From Octopus sinensis (lineage: Eukaryota), in contig NC_043000.1 in assembly GCF_006345805.1 (NCBI RefSeq), positions 74,586,001-74,650,000 of the forward strand: a stretch of DNA of 64,000 bases, read 5' to 3'. Both the position numbers and the translations under genes were made by a program. Each line of letters opens with the position of its first letter. Position 1 is the first letter of the stretch. A model generated the notes under the pieces. It was not told the origin of the DNA. It was given only the letters and a program-made list of their open reading frames with translations, and made no database searches. Positions 1 through 13,189 of the stretch are shown one piece after another.

Positions 1-878
1 AGTTCAGAGAGCTCCTACCTCAGCTGGTGACAAAGGGCCTCTCACTCAGAGTAAAAGGTAGACTCTATGATGCATGTGTGTAAACAACCATGCAACATGG
101 CAATGAAACATGGACCGTGACTGCTGAGGACATATGTAAGCTTGCAAGGAATGAAGCTAGTATGCTCTGCTGGATTTGTAATGTCAGTGTGCATACATGA
201 CAAAGTGTAAGTGCCCTGAGAGAAAAGTTGGGCATAAGAAGCATCAGCTGTGGTGTGCAAGAGAGATGACTGTGGTGGTATGATCATGTGTTGCGTATGG
301 ATGAGGACAGCTGTGTGGAAAAGTGTCACACCCTAGCAGTAGAGAGAACCTGTGGAAGAAGTATACCCAAGAAGACCTGGGATGAGGTGGTGAAGCACGA
401 CCTTCGAATGTTAGGCCCCACGGAAGTGATGACATGTGACTGAGACCTTTGGAGATATGCTGTACTTGAGAAGACCTGGCAAGCCAAGTGAGACCATAAC
501 TGTGGCCTATGCCAGTACAGCCTAACCAGCCCATTTAAGAGTACCTTTCAATCATTGGGCAATAAACAGTGCTTGCGAAGACCTGTTGAGTCAAGTAATG
601 TTATTGGCGTGGCCAATGACAGTATCGCCTGATTGGTACCCATGCCAGTGGCACATAAATAGCACCATTTGAGTGTGGTCGATGCCAGTCAGGCACTATT
701 TGAAAATGGTCAATGCCAGCACCACCTGACTGGCCCTCATGCCGGCCACACGTAAAAAGCACCCACTATACTCTCAGATTGAAACCTGGTGCAGCCTTCT
801 GACTTGCCAGCCCTCAGTCAAACCATCCAACCCATGCCAGCATAGAAAGCGGACGTTAAACAACAACGATGATGATGG
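1..878 (+). mobile_element. RTE-clade LINE, 3' end of ORF2 plus 3' UTR with (GAT)n tail
   Basis: Contains 'FRELLPQLVTKG...', 'CVEKCHTLAVERTCGRSIPKKTWDEVVKHDL' and the family 3' UTR ending ggacgttaaac...gatgatgatg. It is homologous to the copies at 36062, 51680 and 54668. Confidence 0.85.
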
Positions 879-1526
879 TGTTAATTAAATTTGACCTGGC
901 GATGATCACTGGAAAGAAGAGTCAAGACATAATCAGAGAGAAGACATGACCCAGTGTGATAGTTACCATAAAATATTCTCTATAGCTTCTTTGCTATGTG
1001 ATGGAGTGTCCGCTTTGTGATATATTTACACACCAGTTAAAGAGAAGTAACTATTGAAATTAGTCCTTACTCATTTTACCCCGTTTCAGACATCATTTTT
1101 TTGAATCTTGAAAATTATCAACTTTGACATTTGTCTGGAAAAAATTGACTTGGAATTCATCAGAAAAGAGAATATTGATTGTTAAACACTAAAAATTATC
1201 CAAATATTCTATTAGCAACCTCAAATACAATTGGATCAAAATAGAGGAAAAATTTCTTGAAAAAAGCGGACCTGCCACGTGACTACGTTCCAGACCCCCT
1301 TAACTTCAACAACAACTATGTTGGTCAATTTTTACACCTAAATATAATGCGGCAATACAAAACGATGATGCAATACTTGAAATGCAATGGTCGCAAACTG
1401 GTTGGGGAAAAATAATGCAAAATCAGAAGTTACGCATTTTGTCCCAGTTACTAATTTTGCCCCCTCCCATATATAATATATGCCTATGTATATGTATATA
1501 CATTCATACATATATATGTATATATA

Positions 1527-1630
<104 letters not shown>

Positions 1631-1654
1631 ATATATATATATAATATATTATGT

Positions 1655-1999
1655 GAAGGCGCATGGCTCAGTGGTTAGAGCGTCGAGCTTACGATCGTGA
1701 GGTTGTGAGCTCGAATCCCGGACGGGGCTGCGTGTTGTGTTCTTGAGCAAGGCACTTTATTTCACGTTGCTCCAGTTCACTCAGCTGTAGAAATGAGTTG
1801 CGACGTCACAGGTGCCAAGCTGTATCGGCCCTTGCCTTTCCCTTGGACAACATCGGTGACGTGGAGAGGGGAGGCCGGTATGCATGGGCGACTGCTGGTC
1901 TTCCATAAAAAACAACCTTGCCCAGACTTGTGCCTCAGAGGGTATCTCTCTAGGTGCAAATCCATGGTCAGTGCCTGACCGAAGGGGGTCTTTACCCTT
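1655..1999 (+). mobile_element. tRNA-headed SINE with a CORE-like central domain
   Basis: A box TGGCTCAGTGG and B-box-like GCTCGAATCC, followed by ttcttgagcaaggcacttta...cagctgtagaaatgag. Flanked by (TA)n on both sides. Confidence 0.75.
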
Positions 2000-2006
2000 T
2001 ATATAT

Positions 2007-2051
<45 letters not shown>

Positions 2052-2207
2052 ATATATAAGTAGTTGAATGAATTATCCTAGTATGGATAAATCGGTTAAC
2101 CGATACCCGCGTAGTAAATTCACGTCAGAAAACACGGTTGAAGCTACATGCCAAGGGCAGAGATCACATGCTTTCGTGTGGAAATTTGTGTGTTCTTTTT
2201 ACTCTAA

Positions 2208-2602
2208 ATAAATGAAACAATGGAGTCAAACGATGATTTAACAAAATTCCTTTATTCTCGACATATGTTTCGGAGACTGCATATTCCTAATTCCGAAGGA
2301 ATAAGGGGTGCCTTCTCATCAGGAAAGACAAGGAACTTATGTCAGCATCATGACAAACAAAAACTTTTAGATGACTGCCCACACGGAGTCCATAGTGATA
2401 ATCATTATCACTATGGACTCCGTGTGGGTAGTCATCTAAAAGTTTTTGTTTGTCATGATGCTGACATAAGTTCCTTGTCTTTCCTGATGAGAAGGCGGCA
2501 TATTGCACCCCTTATTCCTTCGGAATTAGGAATATGCAGTCTTCGAAACATATGTCGAGAATAAAGGAATTTTGTTAAATCGTCGTTCGACTCCATTCTT
2601 TC

Positions 2603-2608
<6 letters not shown>
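2208..2608. repeat. About 400-bp spacerless fold-back (inverted repeat) carrying a hammerhead motif in each arm; likely Penelope terminal repeat
   Basis: The arms are reverse complements centred on 2403 (gtgataat-c-attatcac). They differ by a few substitutions and a 10-nt indel. Confidence 0.9.
2471..2569 (+). ncRNA. Type-I hammerhead ribozyme motif, minimal palindromic stem III
   Basis: CTGATGA 2484-2490; stem II GAAG/CTTC extended by GCATATT/AATATGC; GAAA 2545-2548; CATATG palindrome; GTC^ at 2556; stem I TTCCTT...TTTC / GAGA...AAGGAA with an internal loop. Confidence 0.75.
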
Positions 2609-2643
<35 letters not shown>

Positions 2644-2769
2644 GCCAATTCGAGGGAGTTATATCCTCATTAGGGATTATATAATCTAAGATATTCTACT
2701 GGTTAATCTCTATGATGTAATGTGAAAGTCACTGGTATATGTTAATATATATATATATATATATATGTA

Positions 2770-3080
2770 CATCATCATCATCGTTTAATGTCCTCTTTCC
2801 TTGCTGACATGGGTTGGATGGTTTGACAGGAGCTGGCTTGGCAGGAGCCTATGCCATGCTTCTAAGTGTGTTTTGGCATGGCTTTTATGGTTGGATGCAC
2901 TTCCTAACATCAACCACTCTGTAGAGTGGGCTGAGTACTTTTTATGTAGCACTCACACAGGCGAGGTCAGTTTTGGCATGGTTTTTACAGCTGGATGCCC
3001 TTCAAAATGTCAACCACATTACAGTATGGACTGGGGGATTTTCAACTAGCACCTGCACTGGTGGGGTCACCAAGTGACTT
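2770..3080 (-). mobile_element. RTE 3' UTR / SINE-like tail fragment
   Basis: catcatcatcgtttaatgtcc...catgggttggatggtt is the reverse complement of the RTE tail; it sits next to (TA)n. Confidence 0.7.
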
Positions 3081-3216
3081 TGAAAAGACAAGGAATCTTT
3101 GAGAAGGGAGGGGGCATTGGAAGAGATGATTTTGTATCAGATGATGAAAAATTATAATATGATAGAGAGGCAGAAACAGATGTGTTGCAGTAGCGGAGGT
3201 CCATGGTTATACAGCC

Positions 3217-3303
3217 AGAAAGAGGGAGAGAGAGAGGGGGAGAGGGAGAGAGAGGGAGAGATGAAGGGAGAGATGAAGGAAGAGATGAAGGGAGAGAGAG
3301 AGG

Positions 3304-3381
<78 letters not shown>
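3217..3381. repeat. (GA)n / purine-rich microsatellite
   Basis: Direct reading of the sequence. Confidence 0.95.
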
Positions 3382-3383
<2 letters not shown>

Positions 3384-4139
3384 AAAAGTTAACAAGAACG
3401 AGGACAGAAACAGTTACCTGGAGAGACAGTTGGAGTTAAGAAGAGATGTAATGCTGTAAAGGAGATACATGGTTACCTAGCCAGAAGTAAGAGCAAAAGA
3501 AGGAGGAAGAAAGAGTGATCAAGAATGAGGGTAGAAACAGGAGATATATGATTACTCAGCCAGAGGGGAAAGCAAGGGAAAGAGAGAGAGAGAGAGAGTA
3601 GGAGACAGCAAGAGTAGGAGAAGGATGGTGACAAGTGCCAGGGTACACTTGCAAGGAATGGGGATCAGGGCATAGATGGGATGGTAGAGTAAGGAAGAGG
3701 GAGATGAATTGTGACAGGTGTTGGCAGGGTATCACCAAGGAGTGACAAGATAGGTGTGGGGAATGCAGTGACTGGAGAGAATCTGCATATATAGAGGGGG
3801 AGGGTACAGAGGAGAAGCAGTGATGCAGTGAGCAAGGTAGTGAGGACTGGGTTGGGGAGTTGGCATAGAAATTGCTGTGACTGGTGACAATCTGGGTATG
3901 TAGGGGAGGGGGACAGGCAATGCAATGATTCAATGAGCAGGGTAGTAAGGACTGGATTGGGGAGTGGGAGATAATCATAGTGTATGAAGAGGAAATGTGA
4001 GGAGAAGAAGAGAAATACTTTGGGAAGGGAAGGGAGTGATGTAGTTTGGTTTGTTGTGGTAGGGTGTGTAAAAGTTTTATTGTGGGACACAACACTTCTA
4101 GAACTCAGGTTTGCTGATGTGGGTGGGTCTTCTCTGGAA

Positions 4140-5560
4140 CCTTATATCGCCAGACATCTCAGTCCAGTGTCATTTCCTCCGTGAGTCCCAACATTCTGAG
4201 ATCAGTCCTCACCACTTCATCCCATGTCTTCTTGGGTCTTCCTCTTCCATAGGTGCCATCTACTTTCAGTGACTGGCACTTCTTTATACAGCTGTTTTCA
4301 TTCATGCATATCATATGTCCAAACTAACATAATCTCCTCTTCTGCATGCTGCATTTGATTTCTCTTATGCCCAACTTTTCTGTCAACACATTTGCACTTC
4401 GTCATTCATGCACATTGATGTTGCACATCCAGCGGAGTATGCTGCCTTCATTTCACTCTCATCTATGCATATCCTCTGCATTCAGAGCCCAAGTTTCATT
4501 ACCATGGAGTATAGCTGTTCGTATATAAGCATCATACAATCTACCTTTCACTCTGAGAGAGAGTCCTTTTGTTACTAACAGAGGTAGTAGTTCTCTGAAC
4601 TTTCTCCATCCTATTTGTATTCTAGAAGCAATACTTTCAGAGCATCTACCCCTATTGCTAATTTGGTCTCCTAGGTAACAGAAACTATCTACTGCTTGGA
4701 GAGAGCCTCCTGAACATTTGAGTCTAAGTCCCATGTGCTCTTAGTGCTTGTTATTCTTGCACATCTGCCACACACAAAGGTGACCATATCTGTTAATATA
4801 CCTGTGATTCTATTGCATCTCTTATGTGTCCATAACTTACATTTGGTGCAGCAATTGGAATTACTTTCCACTCCTTTGCTACAGATTGAGCAGGGGCCAT
4901 TCACCTGATGGAATTAGAGTCTTATCTGTTTTCTTACTAACAACAACTTTGATTTTAGCTAGGTTAACTTTAAGGCCCTTTGATTCCAGGTTTTGCTTCC
5001 ATACCCAGAATTTCTTCTCCAATTCTGCTAAAGATTCTGCAATAAGAGCGATGCATCAGTGTATAGCAATTCCCATGGACATCCAGTTTTTAATTCCTCT
5101 GTTATGGCTTGGAAGACTATGATGAATAGGAATGGACTAACAACTGAGTCCTGGTGAACCCCTACCTGTATGCTAAATTCATCACTTTATTCATGGCTGA
5201 TGCTCGCCTTACTGACAGTACCTCTGTATATGGTTTGTACAACTGTAACAAGCCATTCCTCAACACTGAGCTTCCTTAGAGATCACCATATAACTGGGTG
5301 GGGTACTCTGTTGAAAGCTTTCTGCAGGTCAACAAAAGCTAAGTATAATGACTTACTTTTGGCCAAATACTCTTCTTGTAGCAGTCTCACTAAGAAGATG
5401 GCATCTGTGGTACTCCTCTCAGGTACAAAACCAAATTGCATCTCATCTAGTTAAATTCTATTTTTAATCAATTGAGCTATAACTCTCTGTAACTTTCATG
5501 ACCTGGTCTAGCAGTTTGATACCTCTGTAGTTGTTTCTATCTAAGGCATCATCTTTACCT
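4140..5560 (-). mobile_element. RTE LINE, RT and C-terminal fragment (degenerate)
   Basis: Minus-strand ORFs include 'PCSICSKGVESNSNCCTKCKLWTHKRC' and 'LQAVDSFCYLGDQIS...FRELLPLLVTKGLSLRVKGRLY'; the region has frameshifts. Confidence 0.85.
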
Positions 5561-5829
5561 TTCTAGCAGCTAACTTCTACACCAGCCATCTCACCAGTGA
5601 CCTGGGTGAGATAGGAGTCTGCTAGACTTGGTTCTTAAGTAGGCTGGGGTGGGGTGTAAGCTTAGAGAAGTGGGTAGCTTCTCGACTTGTGAAAGGTGTT
5701 AACAAGAGGATCTCGAATCTATCCTCAAGCCAAGATATTTTCAACACCCCTGCCCCTACTACAATGGGGCACTGGCTTTGAGTGTGTTTAAGGACCACAT
5801 CTCCTACATGCCTGGCCCTAGCACCTGGA

Positions 5830-6420
5830 AAAGAAAGCGCCCCAGAAATGTCGTTTGGTTTGTCCCACGCTTCTCACTCACTGTCAAGACTTGTGTGGGA
5901 AAGATTTTCCTTAGATAAATAGACATACATTTTACACAAACACATAGATACAGGTATTTGTTTAACAGGCACAACCTAAGAGTTTCCTTTAGTTGTGCAC
6001 CTAACACAAAAAACATTTTAACAAGTACCCACAATACAAGGGATGAGGCAGGTTTCTCTTGCAGGGTATATAACTGTCCAGTAGGAGGCTGATGTGAGGC
6101 TGAAGGTGTCATATATGAGGCTACAATGATACCTAGACCTAATATCCGTAATAACAGTAATGCACCATATGTTACCAGGAGTGCAAATAAGGCCACATCC
6201 CATATTTATAAATATATTGTTTCAGCGAGTACTTTGTTCAAGAAACGTTTTCTTAACTACCAGTCATCCTTCAGAGTACAATGAAGACAGTTTGTCACAT
6301 CTCTGGCCTACCATGTATAGCACCTCAAAGATCAAGGGATCTTGTGTGATGTCAAGTGAAAATTAATTGATTTTCCAGGCCCATATATTAATGGAAGTGG
6401 CCATTGCAAGATCTGTATCA
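5830..6420 (+). mobile_element. Degenerate Penelope-like element (linker and GIY-YIG region)
   Basis: The + strand reads KRPRNVVWFVPRFSLTVKTCVGKIFLR*IDIHF, then FNRHNLRVSFSCAPN and GVIYEAT. These match the Penelope 'RNIIWFNPPFS.NVKTNIGK.FL.LIDKHF...FNRNT.K.SYSC..N...VIY.A' pattern. Confidence 0.7.
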
Positions 6421-6849
6421 TGGAGAGAGCCAAATTTCTTTAGGATTTTAAGAAACCTGGTGCATTAAACAGCCGTAAAGAAGTATTTTCTAAATGTATC
6501 CACTTCAAGCACTACTTACTAGAACATTGGATTTCCCCATTTGATAATTAGGTCTTTCCAAGTATATAAGGTTTTTCTTTATCCCCCTGTTTAAGGGGAA
6601 TAACCTTATAATGGAATGGAAGGATTATGATACCTGTGGAGTATCTCCTTCTCCTATTATAATTATTTTTGTAGTACAATTCAATAGCCGTTTATTTACA
6701 GAGTTCTCATTCATGTGGTTCGCTCTCAGTGACCATCTTTATAGCAGTGCATGATTTGTTTTAACTCCATACACGTTAGGCTCATTACCTCTGGAGATAA
6801 GCATGTAGAGTCAGAGTGGGGACAAGAGTCCATTGTGAGCCACTGACTA

Positions 6850-9800
6850 TGCAGTATTTCTCAGCGTAAGTGTTAGAAGGAATGTGAGAGTGAATGTCAT
6901 TAGTTTCTTGCTTAAATACTCGTTGCCGGCGAGAATCTTGTTGTTGTCTTGCACATGGCAAATGGTTGCGGGTGAGATCTCATTCTTGTCTCGCACATGG
7001 CAATGGCTACTGGCGAGATCTTGTTCAAAATGCCACTGGCTTCTTGTGCCTCACTACAGGGGCTTCCCCCTGAGAATGCTAGTGCCAAAATAGAGAATAA
7101 CTGGAGCAGCACAAAAAAAGAGCAAAGTTGGTAACCGATGACAAACAACAAGATATGGTACAAAATGAGACAAGTCAAAAGAAAATAATTACAAGAAATA
7201 TAAATGGCCATGTACAAAATTTTGACAAAATGTTCGATGGCAAAGCATTGGAAATGTTCAACAACACAAGAAAACAATTGCCTGTCACAGAAAGCACAAA
7301 AGATGTCAGATATCAATAGTTCTGGTAAGTTTTTTGGGCCAATGCACAGTACTGCCTGTCCAGATGATATAAGGCTTGTTTGTGTTAGGTTGTGGTGATG
7401 AAGATGGAGGTGTAGGTGATGGTGTGATCAAAGGTGCACGTGCAGGTGGATGTACAGGTGGTTGTAAAAGATCAAAAGTGGGCGTGGCTGGGGTGTTGTT
7501 GAAAGGTGTGGAAACCTCAGAATGTGCCTTTTTAAGTCTGTTTACTGACATTGTCTCTGCCCGACCACTGATGTCGAGACTAAAAGTTTTGGGTGTGCAC
7601 GATAGCACATGAAATGGTCCTTTATAGGGAGAAATGAGCGGTCCTCTGACAGAATCATCCCGAACAAAACATGTCAATGTCTGGTGGGACGTGAGAGGGA
7701 ATAGATTGGTCATGTGGATGCATGGGTGGAAGACTCAAAAAATACAAGCGATGTCTGGTGACATACGACGTTGGATCAGGATGCGATGAATTGTCTGGAG
7801 CTAACATTGTACCAGGAGGTGTCAGGGTGGTACCGTAAAGGAGTTCAGCTGAGGAGAAACCCAAGTCTGTCTTAACAGCAGGGTAACAACCAAGAAGAAC
7901 GATAGGCAGGAATTCTGTCCAAGACTGCAGATCAGGAGTGGCATGTAGATTGGCCCTCAGTTGCCTGTGAAAATATTCAACCATCCCATTGGAAGCTGGG
8001 TGGTAGCTGGTCATACAAATGTGATGAATGCCTAGGATTCATGATAATTCATGAAATAAGGACACCAAAGCAAGCAATCCAGTTAGTAACGAAAGCTTGA
8101 GCAACTGACTCAGCGGAAATGTCCACTATTGGAACAGCTTCAGGCCAACAAGAGAAATGATCGATGCATGTCAATATGTAAGAGAAACCGTGACTGACAG
8201 GCTATGGTCCAACCAGATAAATGTGAACATGGTGAAAGCGAGTCTCTGGTGGAGAAAACTGTCCAAGAGGAGCGCGAATGTGCTTGTGGATTTTAGAACA
8301 CTGGCATTTCACACAAGAGCATGCCCTAGCGGTAATCATCCAGCGCATATTAGGCCAGAAAATTGAACTGTAATAGGCTTCACTGAGGCAAGGATGCCAG
8401 GATGTGACAGTGAATACAAGGTTCTCAGGTACAAACAGCCTGAGAGAACCAGTAGCTATGTTACAAACGAAAGTGGAAGACAGGCAAACTTTCAACAGGA
8501 CGACTTGGTAGAAGTGAGATCCAATGTGTCCTGAGCTGGCTGATCCTGCTCAATTGCAGTTAAAACGATTGCAGCAGGAGATGAAAGAGAACAAACAGGG
8601 AGATGAGAGAGTGCATCAGGAGGTACATTCTCTGTTGCAGGTATATGCTGAATGTCACTCAAAAACTGGGAAATGTAGTCCAGTTGACAAAAAGCACGAG
8701 GCAAGTGTTTGTCCAATTTAGATGACAGAGCAAATGTAAGAGGCTTGTGATCAGTATAAATCACGAAAGCTTGGCCTTCAAGTTGATGTTGAAAACAACG
8801 AACCGACAGGTAGGTTACTGAGAGTTTACGATCAAACGTACTGTAACAACATTCAGCTGGCTTTAATTGATGAGCAAACAATGCCAAAGGTTGAGCCTGA
8901 TTATTGATGGTATGTTATAAAATGGCACCAAGTACAGAATCTGATGCATCAACTGTTAAAGAGAGACAAGCATCAGGAACCGGATGTGCAAGCAAAGGAA
9001 CAGAAACTATTTCTTCTTGATTGACTCGAAAGAAGATAATGCCTCGGCAGATAAAGTGATAGAATTTTTTTTTTGTATTCATTTCAATAGTTGAGTCAAG
9101 GGAAGTAACTTGTCTGCACATTTAGGTATGAATCTCCTGTAGAAGTTGACAATTCCCAAGAAGTGACGCAGTTGGCGCAAAGAAGTGGGAGGTGAGATGC
9201 ATTGAATTGCATTGACTTTGGAGGAGAGAGGTTGGATACCATTAGAATCAATATAATTACCTAGGAATTTCTGAGAGGTCTGTCCGCAAACACACTTATT
9301 GGGGTTGATTTGCACATTGTAGGAGCGAAGACACTGAAAAAGTTGAGATAACTGCTGGAGGTGAGTTTTATGCATGTTGCTAGCTATGAGCAAATCATCA
9401 ATATAAGCAAACACAAAGTCAAATCCACAGACAACTTTGTAAATAAACCTTTGGAATGCGCTTGTTACATTCTGCAAACCGAAGCTCATAAACAGGAACT
9501 CAAAACTTCCGAAGGGAGTGGTAACAGCAGTTTTGGGAATGTCATCAGGGTTCATCAGAATTTGATGATAAGCCTGGATGAGGTCAACCTTGGAAAAAAC
9601 AGTACAACCATGCAAGTTTAAAGAAAATTCCAGGAGATTCCTCATTGGATAACGATGGGAACAGTTATCGCATTCAAACCTCTGTAATCCCCCACTGGGC
9701 GAAAATCTGAATCCCCTTTCCATGCCAAATGTAGAGGAGATGCCCAAGGGCTGATGGAGAAGCAAATAAGGTCGAGTTGAAGCATGTGCTCAAACTCAGA

Positions 9801-11850
9801 TTGAGCCTTTTTGAGCCAGTCAGGGGTAAGTCACTGTGGATGTGAAAAGACGGGTTGTCCAGAAATAGTAATATAAAGGCAAGTTGAGTGTGTTACTTTG
9901 ACTGATTTGAAAGTTGGATCTACCAGCTCTGGGAAAGAAGCCAAAAGGGAGTGGAACTGGTGATCAGCAGTGGCGACAAAAAATGATGGGCTGAAAACAG
10001 CATTAGTAGTAAACTGAGCAGGTGTAAACAAAGATGTAGAATTGTCTGCGAGTCTCTGTCACCTGATATCTACTAACAAGTGAAAGTGGTTTAAGAAGTC
10101 CACACCCAGAATGGGGTATGAGTGATCTTTTATAACAAAAACCGGATCTTTACCTTTTGACCTACAGATTTTGAAAATAATTTTTTGTAACTAAGCACTT
10201 TCAAACTTCGGACACTGGTAGAATGTGTCATATAAAACATCTTTTACTCTTAGCATTTTTGAGAAAAACTTATATTTACAAAGTTATTTCATGTTAAAGT
10301 TCTCATATTTCGGTAATTTCAACCAATCAATGATATGAATTCAGCTGAATAAAATTACTGCTGTTGTTTGTTAACAAGAACTTCCGGTGGTGTATATTTC
10401 ATTCGTCACTGTTATTTATGACAACCTTAACCCTAAAACCCTAACCTTAAAACCAGTACAAACGCACGAACGATGTCATAAATAACAGTGACAAACGAAA
10501 AATACACTGCCGATAGTTGTTGCTGACAAACAATGGCAGTAATTTCATTCAGCTGAATACACGTCATTGATTGGTTGAAATTACCAAAATACGAGAACTT
10601 TTACATGAAATAACCTCGTAAATATACGTTTTTCTCAAAAATGCTAAGAGTAAAAGATGTTTTATATGATACAGTGTTCTACCAGTGTCCGAAGTTTGAA
10701 AGTGTTTAGTTACAAAAAGTTATTTTTTAAATCTGTAGATCAAAAGGTAAAGATCCAAAAAACCCACCTAAAATTCCTTCAAAGATTGAGATCTAGGTTT
10801 AATGAGACCTGACCATAAGTTTTTATCAGGGATAGGTTAATAGGCAGATTGCTTCGGGTTGTCTGAAGTAAGATGCAAAGGCCAAATAGAGCAGCTGGAT
10901 CCAGTGTCAACCATGAACAATTCATTAGACACGCAATCCTTAACAAAGAATGCACAATGCGATGAAAAATTTCAGGAAGAATTTGACATGCCCAAATCTT
11001 CTGCAACTAGGTTCCCGACAGCTTGAACAAATAGGGCTGGTTGCATCAACAGGCTTTGTCCTTAAATATGGCATGGTACCAGCAGAGATTGAAAACCATT
11101 GGAGTAGAACTAGACGACCGTGACTTAGAACGGCTTCTGCTGTGAGGAAGATGAGAGCTGGCATGTTCTCACCACAGTGTGCCCATGCGACGTTTTAATG
11201 CATCAACTCTCTCCAAAATGTTGTCATGTGGCAAGGTAGGAGACTTTGTGGTAGTAGAGGAAGCTACTATGGTATGGTCTGAACAGGTATGGTGAGGTGC
11301 GAGCTGCACAATAAACTCTATGATCTTGTCTGCCATGGTGGCTATCTGATCGAGCAAATTGGAGTCAGCCGTTGTGGCCAGTCTCATTGGACATTTAGTG
11401 GCAGATGAGAGAAAAACAATTTCCTAAGCAGAGAATTGTCTTCAAGTGGAGTGTCACAGTTCTCGCAAATGATGAAGAAACTCAGATGATGTCCTATCTT
11501 CCAGGTGTTCATCCTGCATCAGTGTCCAGAATTTACTCTCCATGGAATGTGTGTTCTGACGGAGAACCTCAGATTTGACGGACACATAAGGCACGTCCAG
11601 ATGTGGGTCACTGATGAGGTCTTTCACTGAGCATGCAAGAGGTGAAGGCATCCCACAGTACAAAAGGTTTAGCTGCTGTTGGTGAGGCACAGCATGGGCA
11701 GAAAAATATGCATCCAATTGAGCAAACCAAAGTGTGACATCACCACAGTACATGGGTAAGCTGGGAAGATTCATTTTGTACAGAGGAAAGAAAAGAACAG
11801 GACCAAAGAACCAACAAAAGTGTTGTTGGAATAGTAACACGTGTGCCAAA
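6850..11850 (-). mobile_element. Ty3/Gypsy LTR retrotransposon A (CsRN1-like gag), decayed; 3' LTR about 6850-7058
   Basis: Minus-strand order is gag (11849, LWFAQLDAYF), protease (VDTGSSCS, ~10900), RT (9765-9079: FSKVDLIQAY, FGLQN, YIDD), RNase H (LTVDASD...YTDHKPL), then integrase (8495-7655). A purine tract CAGGGGGAAGCCCC precedes TGTAGTG at 7058. Many stops and frameshifts; no 5' LTR found. Confidence 0.9.
10144..10756. mobile_element. Non-autonomous fold-back DNA transposon with ~280-bp TIRs, 8-bp TSD and a telomere-motif loop
   Basis: Ends are GGATCTTACCTTTTGA... and ...CAAAAGGTAAAGATCC. Flanks are CAAAAACC / AAAAAACC. Removing the element restores the Gypsy protease reading R-W-V-F-V-I. 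Confidence 0.9.
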
Positions 11851-13189
11851 AAAATTTTCTTAAAACTTTTTTGATTTTTTCTTTTTTGTGTACTGTGTGC
11901 GGCAATGAAAAAAAAATTTTTTTTTAGTCATCAAACCTGTGTTGCGGTCTACTGAAAAAAAAATTGCGTCTTATTTTCTTTTGTTTAAGAAGGTGTTAGA
12001 AAACGGCAGGTGAACTGGTAATTTTCTGTGTTAACATGTGAGGTATTCAAACATGGCGGTAGATGGGAACAATGGTTGGAAGTTGATGGCTGGCTTCCTT
12101 GAAGTGTTCTCCTGTTGCTGCATTTGGTGTATTTACTGGTATCAAATGTTGACAGTCGACATTGTACTGTGTATTTTCTTGTAAGAATGCATACTCTGCT
12201 AGGCACAAGTTCCCTGCACACTCTTGTAGCCTCTACTTATATACACTTGCCATTTCTCTGTCCTTGCACTCTTCTGTTCTCATTGTATCTTGAGGATTCA
12301 CCCTGACACTTCATCACACTAGTTAATCTCTCAGCTCTCTTTCCAACTTCACCTTGATTACTTCCACCAATTCTTATGTAATCTGGGTAGCCATGAAGCT
12401 CCTTTACAGCAAAAAACCTGTTTTGTCTTGGCCACTTATTTCTTACCTTAACCTCTCATATCTTTGTATAAAGTTCTCCCCTCTTTATTGTAGCTCCACT
12501 TAGTCAGAGGGGATCTTAGTCTTGTGAGCTGTATGCTGACTTCACTAGTGTTGGTGTCATGAAAAAATTATCCAGCATACTCTCTCAGAAAGGGCATAGC
12601 TGTAGAAACTTTACTAAAACAGACATTGGGAGTACAATGCAGCCCGTAGATTGTCGGATCGTGTCAACAGATGTTAAGGTGGATGTTAACTGATGTGGAT
12701 GACAGATATGAAACGAGGACGATGACGAATATAGTTGTTACTTTAATAGATTATAGTTCTGATTTTGTTCCATAGTTTGCAGCAGAAGGTAGATAAGTAG
12801 GTATTCTTATATATAGATTTAATTTGATTAGTAGAGTTATTTCCCTTATGTTAAACACTATCGGGTGTGTAAGGCTTGTTCATATAATTCTTATCGTTCC
12901 AACGAAAGACCAACCAACTCCGGCCAAAGGCGCTACCGACCATTGGACGTGACATCTGTGGACTATTGTTCTACGCAAAAATAGGTCTTGTCAGCCATCA
13001 GCGGTATCGGCATAAATAAGGAAGTACAAATGAAGAAATGCTCGGAAACGAGGAGCCGACGATTCCTTGTCGAACCGTCTTCTGACCAACATTCCAACTG
13101 GTCCTGTTGTATATCAGTGTTATGAATTATGATATCCTATCATTAATTTCTTTCTACAATAGTAAATAATAGATAAAAATATAGATATA

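Noticed and set aside
1655-1730. tRNA gene (also 20466-20540)
   Set aside because: A and B boxes are present, but the sequence continues into SINE body and does not form a full cloverleaf with an acceptor stem.
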